From an uncultured Actinomycetota bacterium (lineage in GTDB: Bacteria; Actinomycetota; Thermoleophilia; Solirubrobacterales; Solirubrobacteraceae): a stretch of 64,000 bases of DNA. Shown here in pieces: positions 7,842 through 20,657 of the stretch (position 1 is the stretch's first letter; every line of letters begins with the position of its first letter). A model generated the notes under the pieces. The model had not been told where the DNA came from. It made no database searches and was given only the letters and a program-made list of their open reading frames with translations. A program made the position numbers and the translations under genes. The stretch lies in NCBI GenBank assembly GCA_963708835.1, contig CAVPUB010000002.1:216512-280511 (forward strand), written 5' to 3'.

Positions 7842-10079
7842 TCAGCGGGTAGCGACCGTCACCGTGCGTCCCTCGGGCAGCTCCCACTCGCCGCCTCGCC
7901 AGCCGATCGTCCTCCCGTCGGGCAGCCGCGCCGCGGTGTGGCCCAGGGGCGGCGCCCCCCATAGCGTGGCCTGCAGGGGCCTGTCTGGCTCAGGCACGTC
8001 GCCGAGCCCGGCGGCGACGTGCTCCGCCGGATAGGTCACCACGATCGAACCGGCGCGCACCCACACCGGGATGCGCTCGATCGGCGCCGACACGGTCACG
8101 TCCTGGCCGCCGCGGACGGTCTCACCCGACCACGTCTCCACCCATTCGCCGCGCGGCAGCGACACCTCGCGCTCGCGCATCCCCGGCTCGAGCACGGGCG
8201 CGACCCACAACGCGGGGCCGAAGCCGTAGGCGTCGGCGATGCTCCAGCCGCGCGGATCGGCCGGGTCGGTGAGACACAGAGGGCGCATGATGGGCACGCC
8301 GGTGCGCGCCGCCGTGAGCGCGGCGGCGCGGATGTAGGGCACGAGCTGCTCGTGCAGCAGCACGTAGGCGCGGTAGAGGTCCAGCACCCGGTCGCCGTAG
8401 TTCCACGGCTCCTGGGGCATGCGCGCATGGGCGTGCATGAGCGGGGTGAAGCAGCCGAACTGCAGCCAGCGCACGAGCAGCTCCGGCGGACAGCGCTCCA
8501 CGAGCTTGTGGCCCAGGTACCCGCCGACGTCGTGGGAGAAGTTCGAGATCGCGGTGCAGGCGCCGGTGAGCGCCGAGACGACCAGCACGCGCAGCGACCA
8601 GAAATCCGACACCTGGTCCCCGCCCCAGGTGAGTCCGGTGGCGTGCTGGCCGGTCCACCCGCTACGTCCGAACAGCACCCCCTCGCCGGGATGGACCTCG
8701 TCGAGCGCGCGCTGCAGGCACTCACGGTGCATCCCGCCCAGCGCCCACGCCGCCTCCGCGCCGGACCGGCCGTCGGCCAGTCTCACCCGGTCGGGGATGT
8801 AGTAGCCGTCGCCGTCGTCGGCCTTGACGCCGGCGACGCCCAGCTCGAGCACCCGCTTGGCCGACTCGCGCCACCACGCCTCCGCGGCGGGGCTGGTGAA
8901 GTCCACCACCGAGCCCGTGCCCATCCACCACTTGGTGACGAACGGCTCGCCGGCGGGCTCGCTCACGAAGTGCCCGGCGGCGGCCGCCGGGGCGTAGTTG
9001 GGAGCGGGCTGGGCGTGCAGGCGCTCGGACGCGGTCTGAGGCGGGATCTGCCCGTCGCGCGAGTCGAGGTTCACCCACGGCGTCACCCACACGACGGTGC
9101 GGACCCCGTCGGCGCGAAGCCGCGAGATCATCCCGTGAGCGTCGGGGAACTGGTGGGGGTTGAACCGCCACGTGTTGTACTGCGTCGCCCACGGCGAGTC
9201 GATGACGATCGCGTCCAGCGGGATCGCGTTGCGCCGGAAGCCCTCGTAGTCGTCGACGACGTCGTCCTGGTGCTCGTGGACGTCGCGGCTCTTCCAGAAA
9301 CCGTAGCCCCACTCGGGCAGTTTCATCGGAAACCCGGTGAGGCGACACAGCGCACGCAGGTTGGCCGCCGGCGTGCCCGCGCAGATGATGTCGAGCACGA
9401 GCGGGCCGGCATGGGCGCGGGTCGACACCGAGATCCGTTCGCCGGCGAGGTCAAAGCACGTCCCGTTGGCGTAAGTGCGGCACAGGACCCCGTAGCCGCG
9501 GCTGGAGAGCAGCCACGGCACCGGGGCGCAGTCGCCCTGCGGCACGCCGCCCTCGGCGAGCATCTCGGCGGGGCAGTCGGGCCCGGTGTAGCGGCGGTCG
9601 GCGCCGAGCTGGATGTCGCGCCCGGCCTGGTCGAAGCGGGCGTGGTGGCGCAGGCCCAGCCCCACCAGATGCTCCTCGGCGCGCCGGTCCCAGTCAAAGC
9701 CCAGGCGCAGCGGCGCGGGGTCGGCGTGCAGCGTCAGCCGGACGCGATCGGGCGCCACCACCTCGATGCGCACGTGGGCGGCGCGGCCGCCGTCGAGGCG
9801 GAAGCTGAGGCACACCCCCCGCTCGGTCTCGCGCATGAGGATCGCGTGACGGGCACGCTGGGCGGGGGCGCGCTCCTCGTGGGCGATCACGCCCTCGGTG
9901 AACTGAACGAACTGGTCGCGGATCTCGCCGTCGGCTACCCACGCGCCGCCGGCGCGCAGCAGCCGGCGCCCGTCGCGGCGGATCGTGAACGCGAACGGCC
10001 GCACCGACACCTCGATGCGCAGACGGCCCACTTCCAGCAGGGCGGAATCGCTCTCGATGGACAGCTCCGGCGGCACCAT
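7842..10079 (-). CDS. Glycoside hydrolase family 31 (alpha-glucosidase/alpha-xylosidase-like)
   Basis: 745 aa. GH31 hallmarks IDSPWATQYNTWRFN, GVKADDGDGYYIP and WGGDQVSDFWSLR. Confidence 0.85.
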   Translation of the reverse strand: MVPPELSIESDSALLEVGRLRIEVSVRPFAFTIRRDGRRLLRAGGAWVADGEIRDQFVQFTEGVIAHEERAPAQRARHAILMRETERGVCLSFRLDGGRAAHVRIEVVAPDRVRLTLHADPAPLRLGFDWDRRAEEHLVGLGLRHHARFDQAGRDIQLGADRRYTGPDCPAEMLAEGGVPQGDCAPVPWLLSSRGYGVLCRTYANGTCFDLAGERISVSTRAHAGPLVLDIICAGTPAANLRALCRLTGFPMKLPEWGYGFWKSRDVHEHQDDVVDDYEGFRRNAIPLDAIVIDSPWATQYNTWRFNPHQFPDAHGMISRLRADGVRTVVWVTPWVNLDSRDGQIPPQTASERLHAQPAPNYAPAAAAGHFVSEPAGEPFVTKWWMGTGSVVDFTSPAAEAWWRESAKRVLELGVAGVKADDGDGYYIPDRVRLADGRSGAEAAWALGGMHRECLQRALDEVHPGEGVLFGRSGWTGQHATGLTWGGDQVSDFWSLRVLVVSALTGACTAISNFSHDVGGYLGHKLVERCPPELLVRWLQFGCFTPLMHAHARMPQEPWNYGDRVLDLYRAYVLLHEQLVPYIRAAALTAARTGVPIMRPLCLTDPADPRGWSIADAYGFGPALWVAPVLEPGMREREVSLPRGEWVETWSGETVRGGQDVTVSAPIERIPVWVRAGSIVVTYPAEHVAAGLGDVPEPDRPLQATLWGAPPLGHTAARLPDGRTIGWRGGEWELPEGRTVTVATR

Positions 10080-10180
10080 GTGCCCATGGTTCTCGCCTGA
10101 CGGCGCCAGGCATGCACCGATTCACAGGATCGTTACAGGATGTGTGCGCGTTCTTCACGGGCGCCGACGGCCCCGGGCCA

Positions 10181-12472
10181 ATGCTGTGGACCATGAACGA
10201 GAACAGTCGCGCCGACATGCATGTCCACTCGACGGCGTCGGAGCTGTCGAAGCTCGGGATCCAGCGGTCACTGAGCCTGCCGGAATGTGCCACGCCCCCC
10301 GAAGAGGTCTATGAGCTGGCCAAGCGCCGCGGCATGGACTTCGTGACGATCACGGACCACGACACCATCGAGGGCGCGCTGGGCATCGCCCACCTGCCCG
10401 ACACGTTCATCTCCGAGGAGCTCACGGTGTGGTTCGCCGGCGAGCCGCAGGCGGTCCACGTCCTCTGCTACGGGATTACCCCCGAGGATCACGAGTGGCT
10501 CCAGGCCCACAACGACAGCGTCGAGAACTGCGCGGCCTATCTCCAGGAGCACGGCATCACCACCGCGCTGGCCCATCCCTTCTACGCCGTCGAGGCGCCG
10601 CTGACCGCGCGTCACCGCCGCCGCCTGGCCCAGCTCTTCCCCATCTGGGAGACGCGCAACGGGTCGCGGGCAAAGGAGCTCAACCTGCCCGCATTCGTGT
10701 ACATCGAGACCCATGGCGGCACCGCCATCGGCGGCTCCGATGACCACGCCGGCATCGACATCGGCCGCACCTTCACCGAGACGCCGCGGGCCGCCACCCC
10801 CCAGGAGTTCCTCGCCCACGTGCACGCCGGCCGGGCCGAGGCCCACGGCGCCCAGGGCTCGGCGGCCAAGTGGACGCACGCCGCGATGGCGCTGGCCATC
10901 CGCAGCCTGGCGCCCTCCCAGGACACCGCACGGCCAAACCCCGAAGCCGTCCTGCAGATCGTCGAGCGGGTCATGCGCGAGGGCGACGTGCGCCGGGGCG
11001 CCGCCGGCACCGACCTCGGACCCGAGGACGCCCGCGCGCTGCTGCGCGCCTGGCTGGGCTCGATGGATACGGACCCCACCCACCCCCTCGAGGAGGGGAC
11101 CCTGCTCGAGCTGCTCCAGGAGGGCGAGCTCAGCCACCCCGACCTGTCGCGCCGGGCGCGGCGCATCCACGAGCGCAAGCTCGCGGAGGCCGTCCACGAG
11201 CTCGCGGCCGACCCGGGGGCCGCGGTCCAGGACCTCGGCCGCCATGCCACGGCCCTGTTCGACGCCTGCATCCCCGGCATCCCGTACGCCGCCGCGGCGG
11301 CCTTCCTCGGGCGCGAGAAGTTCAAGCTGACGCGCTCGGACGGCGACCGTCCGCGCGTGGCGCTGATCGCCGACGGCCTCGGCGGGATGCACGGCGTCAC
11401 CCACACGATCCAGCAGATCCGCGAGCGCGGTGTCCCCGGCTACGAGGTCGAGGTCATCGGCACCGACTGCGACGTCGACCGGCGGCTCAGCGCGGTGGCC
11501 GAGATCGACATCCCCTTCTACCAGGGCCTGAAGGTCGGCGTCCCCAGCCTCCCGGCCATCGTCGAGACGCTGGCCGAGGGCCGCTACGACCTCGTTCACC
11601 TCACCTCGCCCGGGCCGTCGGGCAGCGGCGCCTGGTTGCTGGCGCGGGTCCTGGACCTGCCGGTGATCGGGAGCTATCACACCGAATTGGCCGCCTACGC
11701 GGGGCTGCGCTCCGGCGCGGCCCAGCTGGAGGCAATCGCGGGAGCGGCGCTCGGCGCGTTCTACGGCGCCTGCGACGTGGTCCTGTCCCCGAGCCCGGCC
11801 AGCGATGAGCGGCTGGCCGAGCTCGGAATCGCTTCAACCCGGGTCCGACGCTGGGACCGAGGCGTCGACCTCGATCGCTTCGATCCGCGCCTGCGCGACG
11901 CGGAGATGTTCGGCGGCAAGGTCAACGTCATGTACTGCGGGCGTCTCACCCGGGAGAAGGGGGTCGACCTCCTCGCCGACGCCTTCCTGCGCGCCCGTGA
12001 GGAGGATCCGAGGCTGCACCTCGTCCTCGCCGGCGGCGGACCCGAGGAGGCCGTCCTGCGCGAGCGCCTCGGCGACCACGCGACGTTCCTGGGGTGGCTC
12101 TCGGGCGCCGAGCTGCCCGCGGCCTATGCGTCGGCCGACGCGTTCATGTTCGCCAGCCGGACCGACACCTTCGGCCAGGTCATTCTCGAGGCCCAGGCGT
12201 CGGGGCTGCCGGTGGTGGCGGTGGCCGAGGGCGGCCCGACGTCCCTGATCGTCGATGGCGAGACGGGGCTGCTGACCGCTCCCACGGCCGAGGCCATGGC
12301 CGAGGCGCTGCTCTCGGTGGTGCGCACGCCGGCACTGCGCGAGCGCCTGCGCAAGACCGCACTGGCCACGGTGCAGGAGCGCACCTGGTCGGCCTCGCTG
12401 CGCCAGCTCGCGGGCGGATACCGGTCCGCGCTGCTGCACAGCGCCGCGCCGGGGCGCGCCCAGGCCGCCTAG
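10181..12472 (+). CDS. PHP-domain phosphoesterase fused to a GT4 glycosyltransferase
   Basis: N-terminus has PHP metal motifs (DMHVHSTAS, FVTITDHDT, AHPF, GGSDDHAG). C-terminus has a GT4 core (GRLTREKGVDLL..., FASRTDTFGQVILEAQASGLPVVA). Start is 10181 or 10193; both are ATG. Confidence 0.8.
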   Translation: MLWTMNENSRADMHVHSTASELSKLGIQRSLSLPECATPPEEVYELAKRRGMDFVTITDHDTIEGALGIAHLPDTFISEELTVWFAGEPQAVHVLCYGITPEDHEWLQAHNDSVENCAAYLQEHGITTALAHPFYAVEAPLTARHRRRLAQLFPIWETRNGSRAKELNLPAFVYIETHGGTAIGGSDDHAGIDIGRTFTETPRAATPQEFLAHVHAGRAEAHGAQGSAAKWTHAAMALAIRSLAPSQDTARPNPEAVLQIVERVMREGDVRRGAAGTDLGPEDARALLRAWLGSMDTDPTHPLEEGTLLELLQEGELSHPDLSRRARRIHERKLAEAVHELAADPGAAVQDLGRHATALFDACIPGIPYAAAAAFLGREKFKLTRSDGDRPRVALIADGLGGMHGVTHTIQQIRERGVPGYEVEVIGTDCDVDRRLSAVAEIDIPFYQGLKVGVPSLPAIVETLAEGRYDLVHLTSPGPSGSGAWLLARVLDLPVIGSYHTELAAYAGLRSGAAQLEAIAGAALGAFYGACDVVLSPSPASDERLAELGIASTRVRRWDRGVDLDRFDPRLRDAEMFGGKVNVMYCGRLTREKGVDLLADAFLRAREEDPRLHLVLAGGGPEEAVLRERLGDHATFLGWLSGAELPAAYASADAFMFASRTDTFGQVILEAQASGLPVVAVAEGGPTSLIVDGETGLLTAPTAEAMAEALLSVVRTPALRERLRKTALATVQERTWSASLRQLAGGYRSALLHSAAPGRAQAA

Positions 12473-12477
12473 CTGAC

Positions 12478-12493
12478 GCGACGCCGGCCGTCG

Positions 12494-12494
<1 letters not shown>
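12478..12494. terminator. Short GC hairpin between convergent genes (GCGACG-ccggc-CGTCGC)
   Basis: 6-bp stem and 5-nt loop in the 21-nt gap between the PHP-GT4 stop and the helicase stop. No U-tract. Confidence 0.3.
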
Positions 12495-14614
<2,120 letters not shown>

Positions 14615-14648
14615 CCGATAGTGGCAGCCCGGCCAGCCGGACCCGGGG

Positions 14649-15857
14649 TCAGCCGCCCCCGCCCCTGCCGCCGCTCGCGCGACTGCCCCCGCCGCCGCTC
14701 GCGCGACCGCCCCCGCCGTGGCCCTGGTTGACCGGCGGGACCGGCGTCGCCGCCGGAGGGGGCACGACCCCGCCGACGGTCACCACGCTGCCGTCGGCCC
14801 GCCGCAGGCGCCACCGGTCGGGCATCTGCGCGCGACCGGGACGACGTGGGACCTTCAGGACGTAGACGTTGTTGACCACGTCGGAGGTGAGCGTGATCTC
14901 CGGCGCGCCCGCGGTGGCCGGGAAATGGGCCGTCAGCGACACGAACCCGTCAGGGAGGATGCCCGAGTTGATCGTCCCGCCGCCGCTGTCGCCCGACCCG
15001 CTCCCGCCCGAGAGCGGGTCGGCATCCGTCGGAGCGGCCGCGCAGCCGAAGCCGACGGCGCCAGGATGCGGGCGGGTGTGAAGGCCGATCTCGATGAAGC
15101 ACAGGCCCTCACGATGCTCGGTTTCCGCCCGCTCGGCGCTCAACTGCTCCTGCTGATCGTGCAGCGTCCGAGCGCGGACGGCCGGCGCGGCGTGACGCAG
15201 ATCGCGCGTGAGCGTCGCCCGGAACTCTCGGTAGCACCGGGCCGGGATGGGTCCGAACGGCGTGGTCCGCGCCTCGGGAACAATCCAATAGCTGCGGCCG
15301 TACTCAGTGCGCGCGCGGCGGATGTAGTTGACATAGACGCCGGCGCCCTTGTCCCAACCGATGCTGTACAGCACCTTGTTGGTGGAGTCGGCCGGCAACG
15401 GCGGGCGCCGGAGCACTCCCAGGTCCGAGAGCATCGACTGCGGGGGCGCGCCGTGATCGATCGTCTGGCCGCGATTCGTCGTCTCAGCGCATTTCGGGTC
15501 CTGCTTGATCGTCTCCCTCTGGGCGCGATTGACCGCGCTCGGCACCATCGGGGGCGGCGGCGCGGCCGGAATCGAGGGCGTGGGCCCCGAGTGCGTCGCC
15601 GGTCCGATCGAGTGAGGTCCCGCGGATCGCTGATGCAGGGCGACCAGCCCCACGGCGACCACGGCCAGGGCCACGCCGACCGCCAGCGCGAGGCCGGCCC
15701 GCCGCACGCCGGCCAGCGCCCATCTGCGCGCCGGCGGGCGCGGCGTCGCCCCGAGTGGGCCGTCGGCCGCCGCCGCGCGCATCTCGGCAGCCAGCAGATC
15801 CCGCAGGTCAGCCAGGATCGGCAGGTCCTCGAACCGGTCTGGATCACGCATGTCCAT
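14649..15857 (-). CDS. Single-pass membrane protein, putative anti-sigma factor partner
   Basis: ATG 15857 (or 15851) overlaps the sigma gene stop. One TM segment (LALAVGVALAVVAVGLVAL). Large C-terminal domain of unknown family. Gly-rich repetitive tail. No HxxxCxxC zinc anti-sigma motif seen. Confidence 0.5.
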   Translation of the reverse strand: MDMRDPDRFEDLPILADLRDLLAAEMRAAAADGPLGATPRPPARRWALAGVRRAGLALAVGVALAVVAVGLVALHQRSAGPHSIGPATHSGPTPSIPAAPPPPMVPSAVNRAQRETIKQDPKCAETTNRGQTIDHGAPPQSMLSDLGVLRRPPLPADSTNKVLYSIGWDKGAGVYVNYIRRARTEYGRSYWIVPEARTTPFGPIPARCYREFRATLTRDLRHAAPAVRARTLHDQQEQLSAERAETEHREGLCFIEIGLHTRPHPGAVGFGCAAAPTDADPLSGGSGSGDSGGGTINSGILPDGFVSLTAHFPATAGAPEITLTSDVVNNVYVLKVPRRPGRAQMPDRWRLRRADGSVVTVGGVVPPPAATPVPPVNQGHGGGGRASGGGGSRASGGRGGGG

Positions 15858-16416
15858 CGCCACTCCCCTCCGGATCGCCGGCCACCGCACGCCGCAGCGC
15901 GCGCAGACCACGGCTCACTCGGGCTCGCGCCGCCTGCTGGCTGACGCCGAGCTCGCGTGACACCGATTCATAGGAACGCTCGTCGATCACCCGGGACCGG
16001 ATCGCGGTCCGCTGGTCCGCGGAGAGGCCGGCGAGCGCGTCGGTCAGGGCGCCCCCCTCGTCGGCCTCGGCGAGTCGCTCGATGGCCGAGAGCTCCTCCG
16101 CGGACGGCGCACGCAGCGCCGCGGCAAAGCGCTCCGTGGCCCGCCTCTCGATCGCGCCGCGCCGGTGATACGCGGCAAGCTGGTTGGCGGCGATCCGGTA
16201 CAGCCACGCCGCCGCTTGTGCGTCTGACTGGGCGCGGCACTGGTCGCGGTGCTCGAAGACGGCAAGGAACGTCTCGGAGAGCAGGTCGAGCGCGACGTGC
16301 GGATCGCGGGTGCGACGGGTGAAGAACCCCAGCAGCTCGCGGGCATGGCGGTCGTACAGACCCAGGACGCCGTCGGCATCCATCGCCCTGCTCCCGAACC
16401 GTGTGATCACCGACAT
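15844..16416 (-). CDS. ECF-type RNA polymerase sigma-70 family factor
   Basis: Region 2 (LLSETFLAVFEHR..WLYRIAANQLAAYHRR) and region 4 HTH (SYESVSRELGVSQQAARARVSRGLRALR). An alternative ATG at 16383 is preceded by GGGAG. Confidence 0.8.
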   Translation of the reverse strand: MSVITRFGSRAMDADGVLGLYDRHARELLGFFTRRTRDPHVALDLLSETFLAVFEHRDQCRAQSDAQAAAWLYRIAANQLAAYHRRGAIERRATERFAAALRAPSAEELSAIERLAEADEGGALTDALAGLSADQRTAIRSRVIDERSYESVSRELGVSQQAARARVSRGLRALRRAVAGDPEGSGDGHA

Positions 16417-16464
16417 GTGCCTTCAGATGAACAACGTCCCCGGTTTGTGACGCTGTCCGACGCA

Positions 16465-18051
16465 ATGATGACGCGGGGGTCGATACCCTCTCGCGCGATG
16501 AGCCCCGTCGGCGAACGCAACCTCGGCCTGCTGGCGCAGCGGTCGTTCGAGCGCCGCGGCGATTACCCGTCGCTGATGTTCGAGGGCCGCTGGCACGACT
16601 CCGGGGAGTTGTGGTCGCGCTCGCAGCGCCTCGCCGGTGGCTTCGCCGAGCTCGGGGTGGCCCCCGGCGACCGCGTCGTGGTCTGCATGGCCAACTGCCC
16701 CGAGGTGTCGATCGCCTACCAGGCGCTGTGGCTGGCCGGAGCCGTGGTGACGCCTGCGACGTTCCTGCTTCCCGCCCCCGACCTGCGCCACGTCATCGCG
16801 GATGCCGAAGCCACGGCGGTCATCACGACGCCCGAGTTCATCGACAAGGTCATCGAGGCCACCGAGGGACTCGTTCACGTGCGCTTCGTGATCAGCACGG
16901 AGGCGACCGGGGGCGACGGCGTGCTCGCCCTGGCCGAACTCGAGCGCGCCGATCCGCGCCCCATCGTCGAGCGCTCAGACGACGACCTCGCCGCGCTGCT
17001 CTACACCGGCGGCACCACCGGCCGCGCCAAGGGCGTGATGCTCTCCCACGCCAACCTGTACTTCTCCGGCCGCCAGGCCCACGACGCCGCCCACGTGCGC
17101 GGCGTCAACCGCCAGCTGACGACGCTGCCGCTCTCCCACGCCTACGGCCTGCTGGTGACGATCGCGGGGATGCACAACGACGAGCAGGGCATCAACGTGC
17201 TGCTGCGGTGGTTCGATCCCGCCACGTACCTGGCGATGATCGGCGAGCACCGGCTGCAGCTGAGCGCGGTGGTGCCCACGATGCTCCAGATCCTGCTCGG
17301 CCTGCCGCTGGAGGATTACGACCTCTCGACGCTCGAGTGGCTGAGCTCGGGCGGCGCGCCGCTGCCCGCCGAGGTCGAGCACGAGTTCTGCCGTCGCGTG
17401 CCCTCGGTATCGATCCGCCAGGGCTACGGCCTGACCGAGAGCGCCGCGCTCATCTCCACCAACCCCACCGGCGCGGTCAAGAGCGGCTCGGTGGGACGTC
17501 CGGTGCCGGGCACCGACGTCGAGATCCGCGACGGCGACGGCCGCGCCCTCCCGCCCGGCGAGGCCGGCGAAGTGTGCGCCCGCTCCCCCGGGATCATGCA
17601 GGGCTACTGGCGCGCCCCCGAGGCGACGAGCGAGGCGCTCGAGGACGGCTGGCTGCATACCGGCGACATCGGCTACCTCGACGCCGAGGGGTACCTCTAC
17701 ATCGTGGACCGCAAGAAGGACCTCATCATCCGCGGCGGCTTCAACGTCTACCCGCGCGACGTCGAGGACGCGCTCGTCCGGCATCCGGCGGTGCAGATGG
17801 CGGCCGTCGTCGGCCGGCCCAGCGAGCGGCACGGCGAGGAGGTGGCGGCGTTCGTGAGCCTCACCGCCGGCGCCGAGATCTCGGGCGAGGCCCTCGTCGA
17901 CTGGGCCCGGGAGCACATCGGCGGCTACAAGTACCCGCGCGAAGTGCACCTGGTGCACGCGATCCCGCTCACGCCGGTCGGCAAGATCGACCGCAAGGCG
18001 GTGCGGGCGCGCATCGCGCAGGCGCCGTCAGTCCACGAGCAGGTCGGCTGA
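16465..18051 (+). CDS. AMP-dependent acyl-CoA synthetase/ligase (FadD-like)
   Basis: AMP-binding motif LYTGGTTGRAKGV, GYGLTES, and C-terminal YKYPREV..PLTPVGKIDRK. Start is 16465 or 16498. Confidence 0.85.
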   Translation: MMTRGSIPSRAMSPVGERNLGLLAQRSFERRGDYPSLMFEGRWHDSGELWSRSQRLAGGFAELGVAPGDRVVVCMANCPEVSIAYQALWLAGAVVTPATFLLPAPDLRHVIADAEATAVITTPEFIDKVIEATEGLVHVRFVISTEATGGDGVLALAELERADPRPIVERSDDDLAALLYTGGTTGRAKGVMLSHANLYFSGRQAHDAAHVRGVNRQLTTLPLSHAYGLLVTIAGMHNDEQGINVLLRWFDPATYLAMIGEHRLQLSAVVPTMLQILLGLPLEDYDLSTLEWLSSGGAPLPAEVEHEFCRRVPSVSIRQGYGLTESAALISTNPTGAVKSGSVGRPVPGTDVEIRDGDGRALPPGEAGEVCARSPGIMQGYWRAPEATSEALEDGWLHTGDIGYLDAEGYLYIVDRKKDLIIRGGFNVYPRDVEDALVRHPAVQMAAVVGRPSERHGEEVAAFVSLTAGAEISGEALVDWAREHIGGYKYPREVHLVHAIPLTPVGKIDRKAVRARIAQAPSVHEQVG

Positions 18052-18576
18052 GCCCAGCGACAGTCGGTCCCCGGGCTCCAGGCGGCAGCGCACGACGCGC
18101 TTGCCGTTGACCCGGGTGCCGTTGGTGGAGTCCAGGTCGCGCAGGACCCAGTGCCCATCCCGGAAGCTCAGCCGGGCGTGCCGGCGCGAGACCGAGGCGT
18201 GGCCCACCACCACGTCGCAGCGGTCGTGGCGGCCCACCAGCAGCTCGTCGCGGCCCCCGGTCCAGTCGAGCGCGAGTAGCGTCGGCGGCTCCGCGGGGCG
18301 GGGGCGGTCAAGTCCCGCGGCATGACGCAGCGACGTGAGGAGCCGCTCCCACCGCGACGACAGGGCGCGGCGCGGACGGCGAAGCGTCAGGTCCCCGACG
18401 AGGCCGGCCGGGTCCACCAGCTCTGACCCGAACAGCAGGTCCAGGCGCTGAATGAGCGTCTGCTGACTGAGCAGGCCGTCGCCGTAGGCGGCGTTGAGCG
18501 TCCGCTCCATCCGCCGTCGCGCGTCACCCTGGCGCAGCATGTGCTCAGTCTCTCGCGCCGAGTCGCCGTTGTCCAC
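18028..18576 (-). CDS. FHA-domain protein with DUF1707-like N-terminal segment
   Basis: C-terminal FHA core (LLVGRHDRCDVVV..SVSRRHARLSF..WVLRDLDSTNGTRVNG). Its 3' end overlaps the convergent acyl-CoA ligase gene by 24 nt. Confidence 0.7.
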   Translation of the reverse strand: MDNGDSARETEHMLRQGDARRRMERTLNAAYGDGLLSQQTLIQRLDLLFGSELVDPAGLVGDLTLRRPRRALSSRWERLLTSLRHAAGLDRPRPAEPPTLLALDWTGGRDELLVGRHDRCDVVVGHASVSRRHARLSFRDGHWVLRDLDSTNGTRVNGKRVVRCRLEPGDRLSLGSADLLVD

Positions 18577-18617
18577 ACAACCAGGATCGGTGCCTCCGCC
18601 GCCGAAAGTCAGCTCGC

Positions 18618-19253
18618 ATGGGGACCAACCGGCTGGAGTCCTTCTCCGACGGGGTGATGGCTGTCGCGATCACCCTCCTGGTGCTGGCCATCGTCCCGCC
18701 GACTCTCCACGACAGCGCCGAGCGCAGCCTCATCTACGAGCTGGGCAAGGACTGGCCTCACTACGTCGCCTACGTGATCTCGTTCATGACCATCGGGATC
18801 ATCTGGATCAACCACCACGCGATGATCACGCGCCTGAAGGAGGCCGATCGCTCGATCCTCATCCTCAACCTGCTCCTGTTGATGACGATCGCGATCCTGC
18901 CCTTCGCGACCGATCTGATGGCCACCTACCTGCCGGCCGATCACGGCCAGAAGCTGGCCGCCGGCGTGTACGGAGGCGCATTCCTGCTCATGTCGGTGGT
19001 CTTCTCCGTCCTGAACCGCCACATCCTGCTGACCCGCGCGCACATGCTCTCCACCGAGATCCCGCTCGAGGACCGGCGCCGGATCCTCGCGCGCGCGATG
19101 TTCGGACTGGTGCCCTATCTCGTCGCCACGATCCTCGCCGCGGTCTCCGCGTACGCCACGCTGGCCATCTGCGGCGCGCTGGCCATCTTCTACGCGCTGC
19201 CCATCGGCAGCGGCGGGGGCGACGAAGGCGGCGGGGGCGACCCCCACCAGTAG
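18618..19253 (+). CDS. TMEM175/DUF1211-family putative potassium channel
   Basis: RLESFSDGVMAVAITLLVL signature helix at the N-terminus. About 6 hydrophobic helices. Confidence 0.8.
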   Translation: MGTNRLESFSDGVMAVAITLLVLAIVPPTLHDSAERSLIYELGKDWPHYVAYVISFMTIGIIWINHHAMITRLKEADRSILILNLLLLMTIAILPFATDLMATYLPADHGQKLAAGVYGGAFLLMSVVFSVLNRHILLTRAHMLSTEIPLEDRRRILARAMFGLVPYLVATILAAVSAYATLAICGALAIFYALPIGSGGGDEGGGGDPHQ

Positions 19254-19265
19254 CATCCCGCCCTG

Positions 19266-20657
<1,392 letters not shown>

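Noticed and set aside
8019-10100. 693-aa plus-strand ORF opposite the GH31 gene
   Set aside because: Antisense shadow ORF. Low-complexity Arg/Ala/Gly/His-rich sequence, while the opposite strand carries unambiguous GH31 motifs.
16417-16464. Possible ECF-type promoter (GAAC ... CGCT/CGTC) between the ECF sigma gene and the acyl-CoA ligase gene
   Set aside because: The match is limited to a 4-mer -35 with ambiguous spacing and orientation, so it cannot be distinguished from chance by eye.
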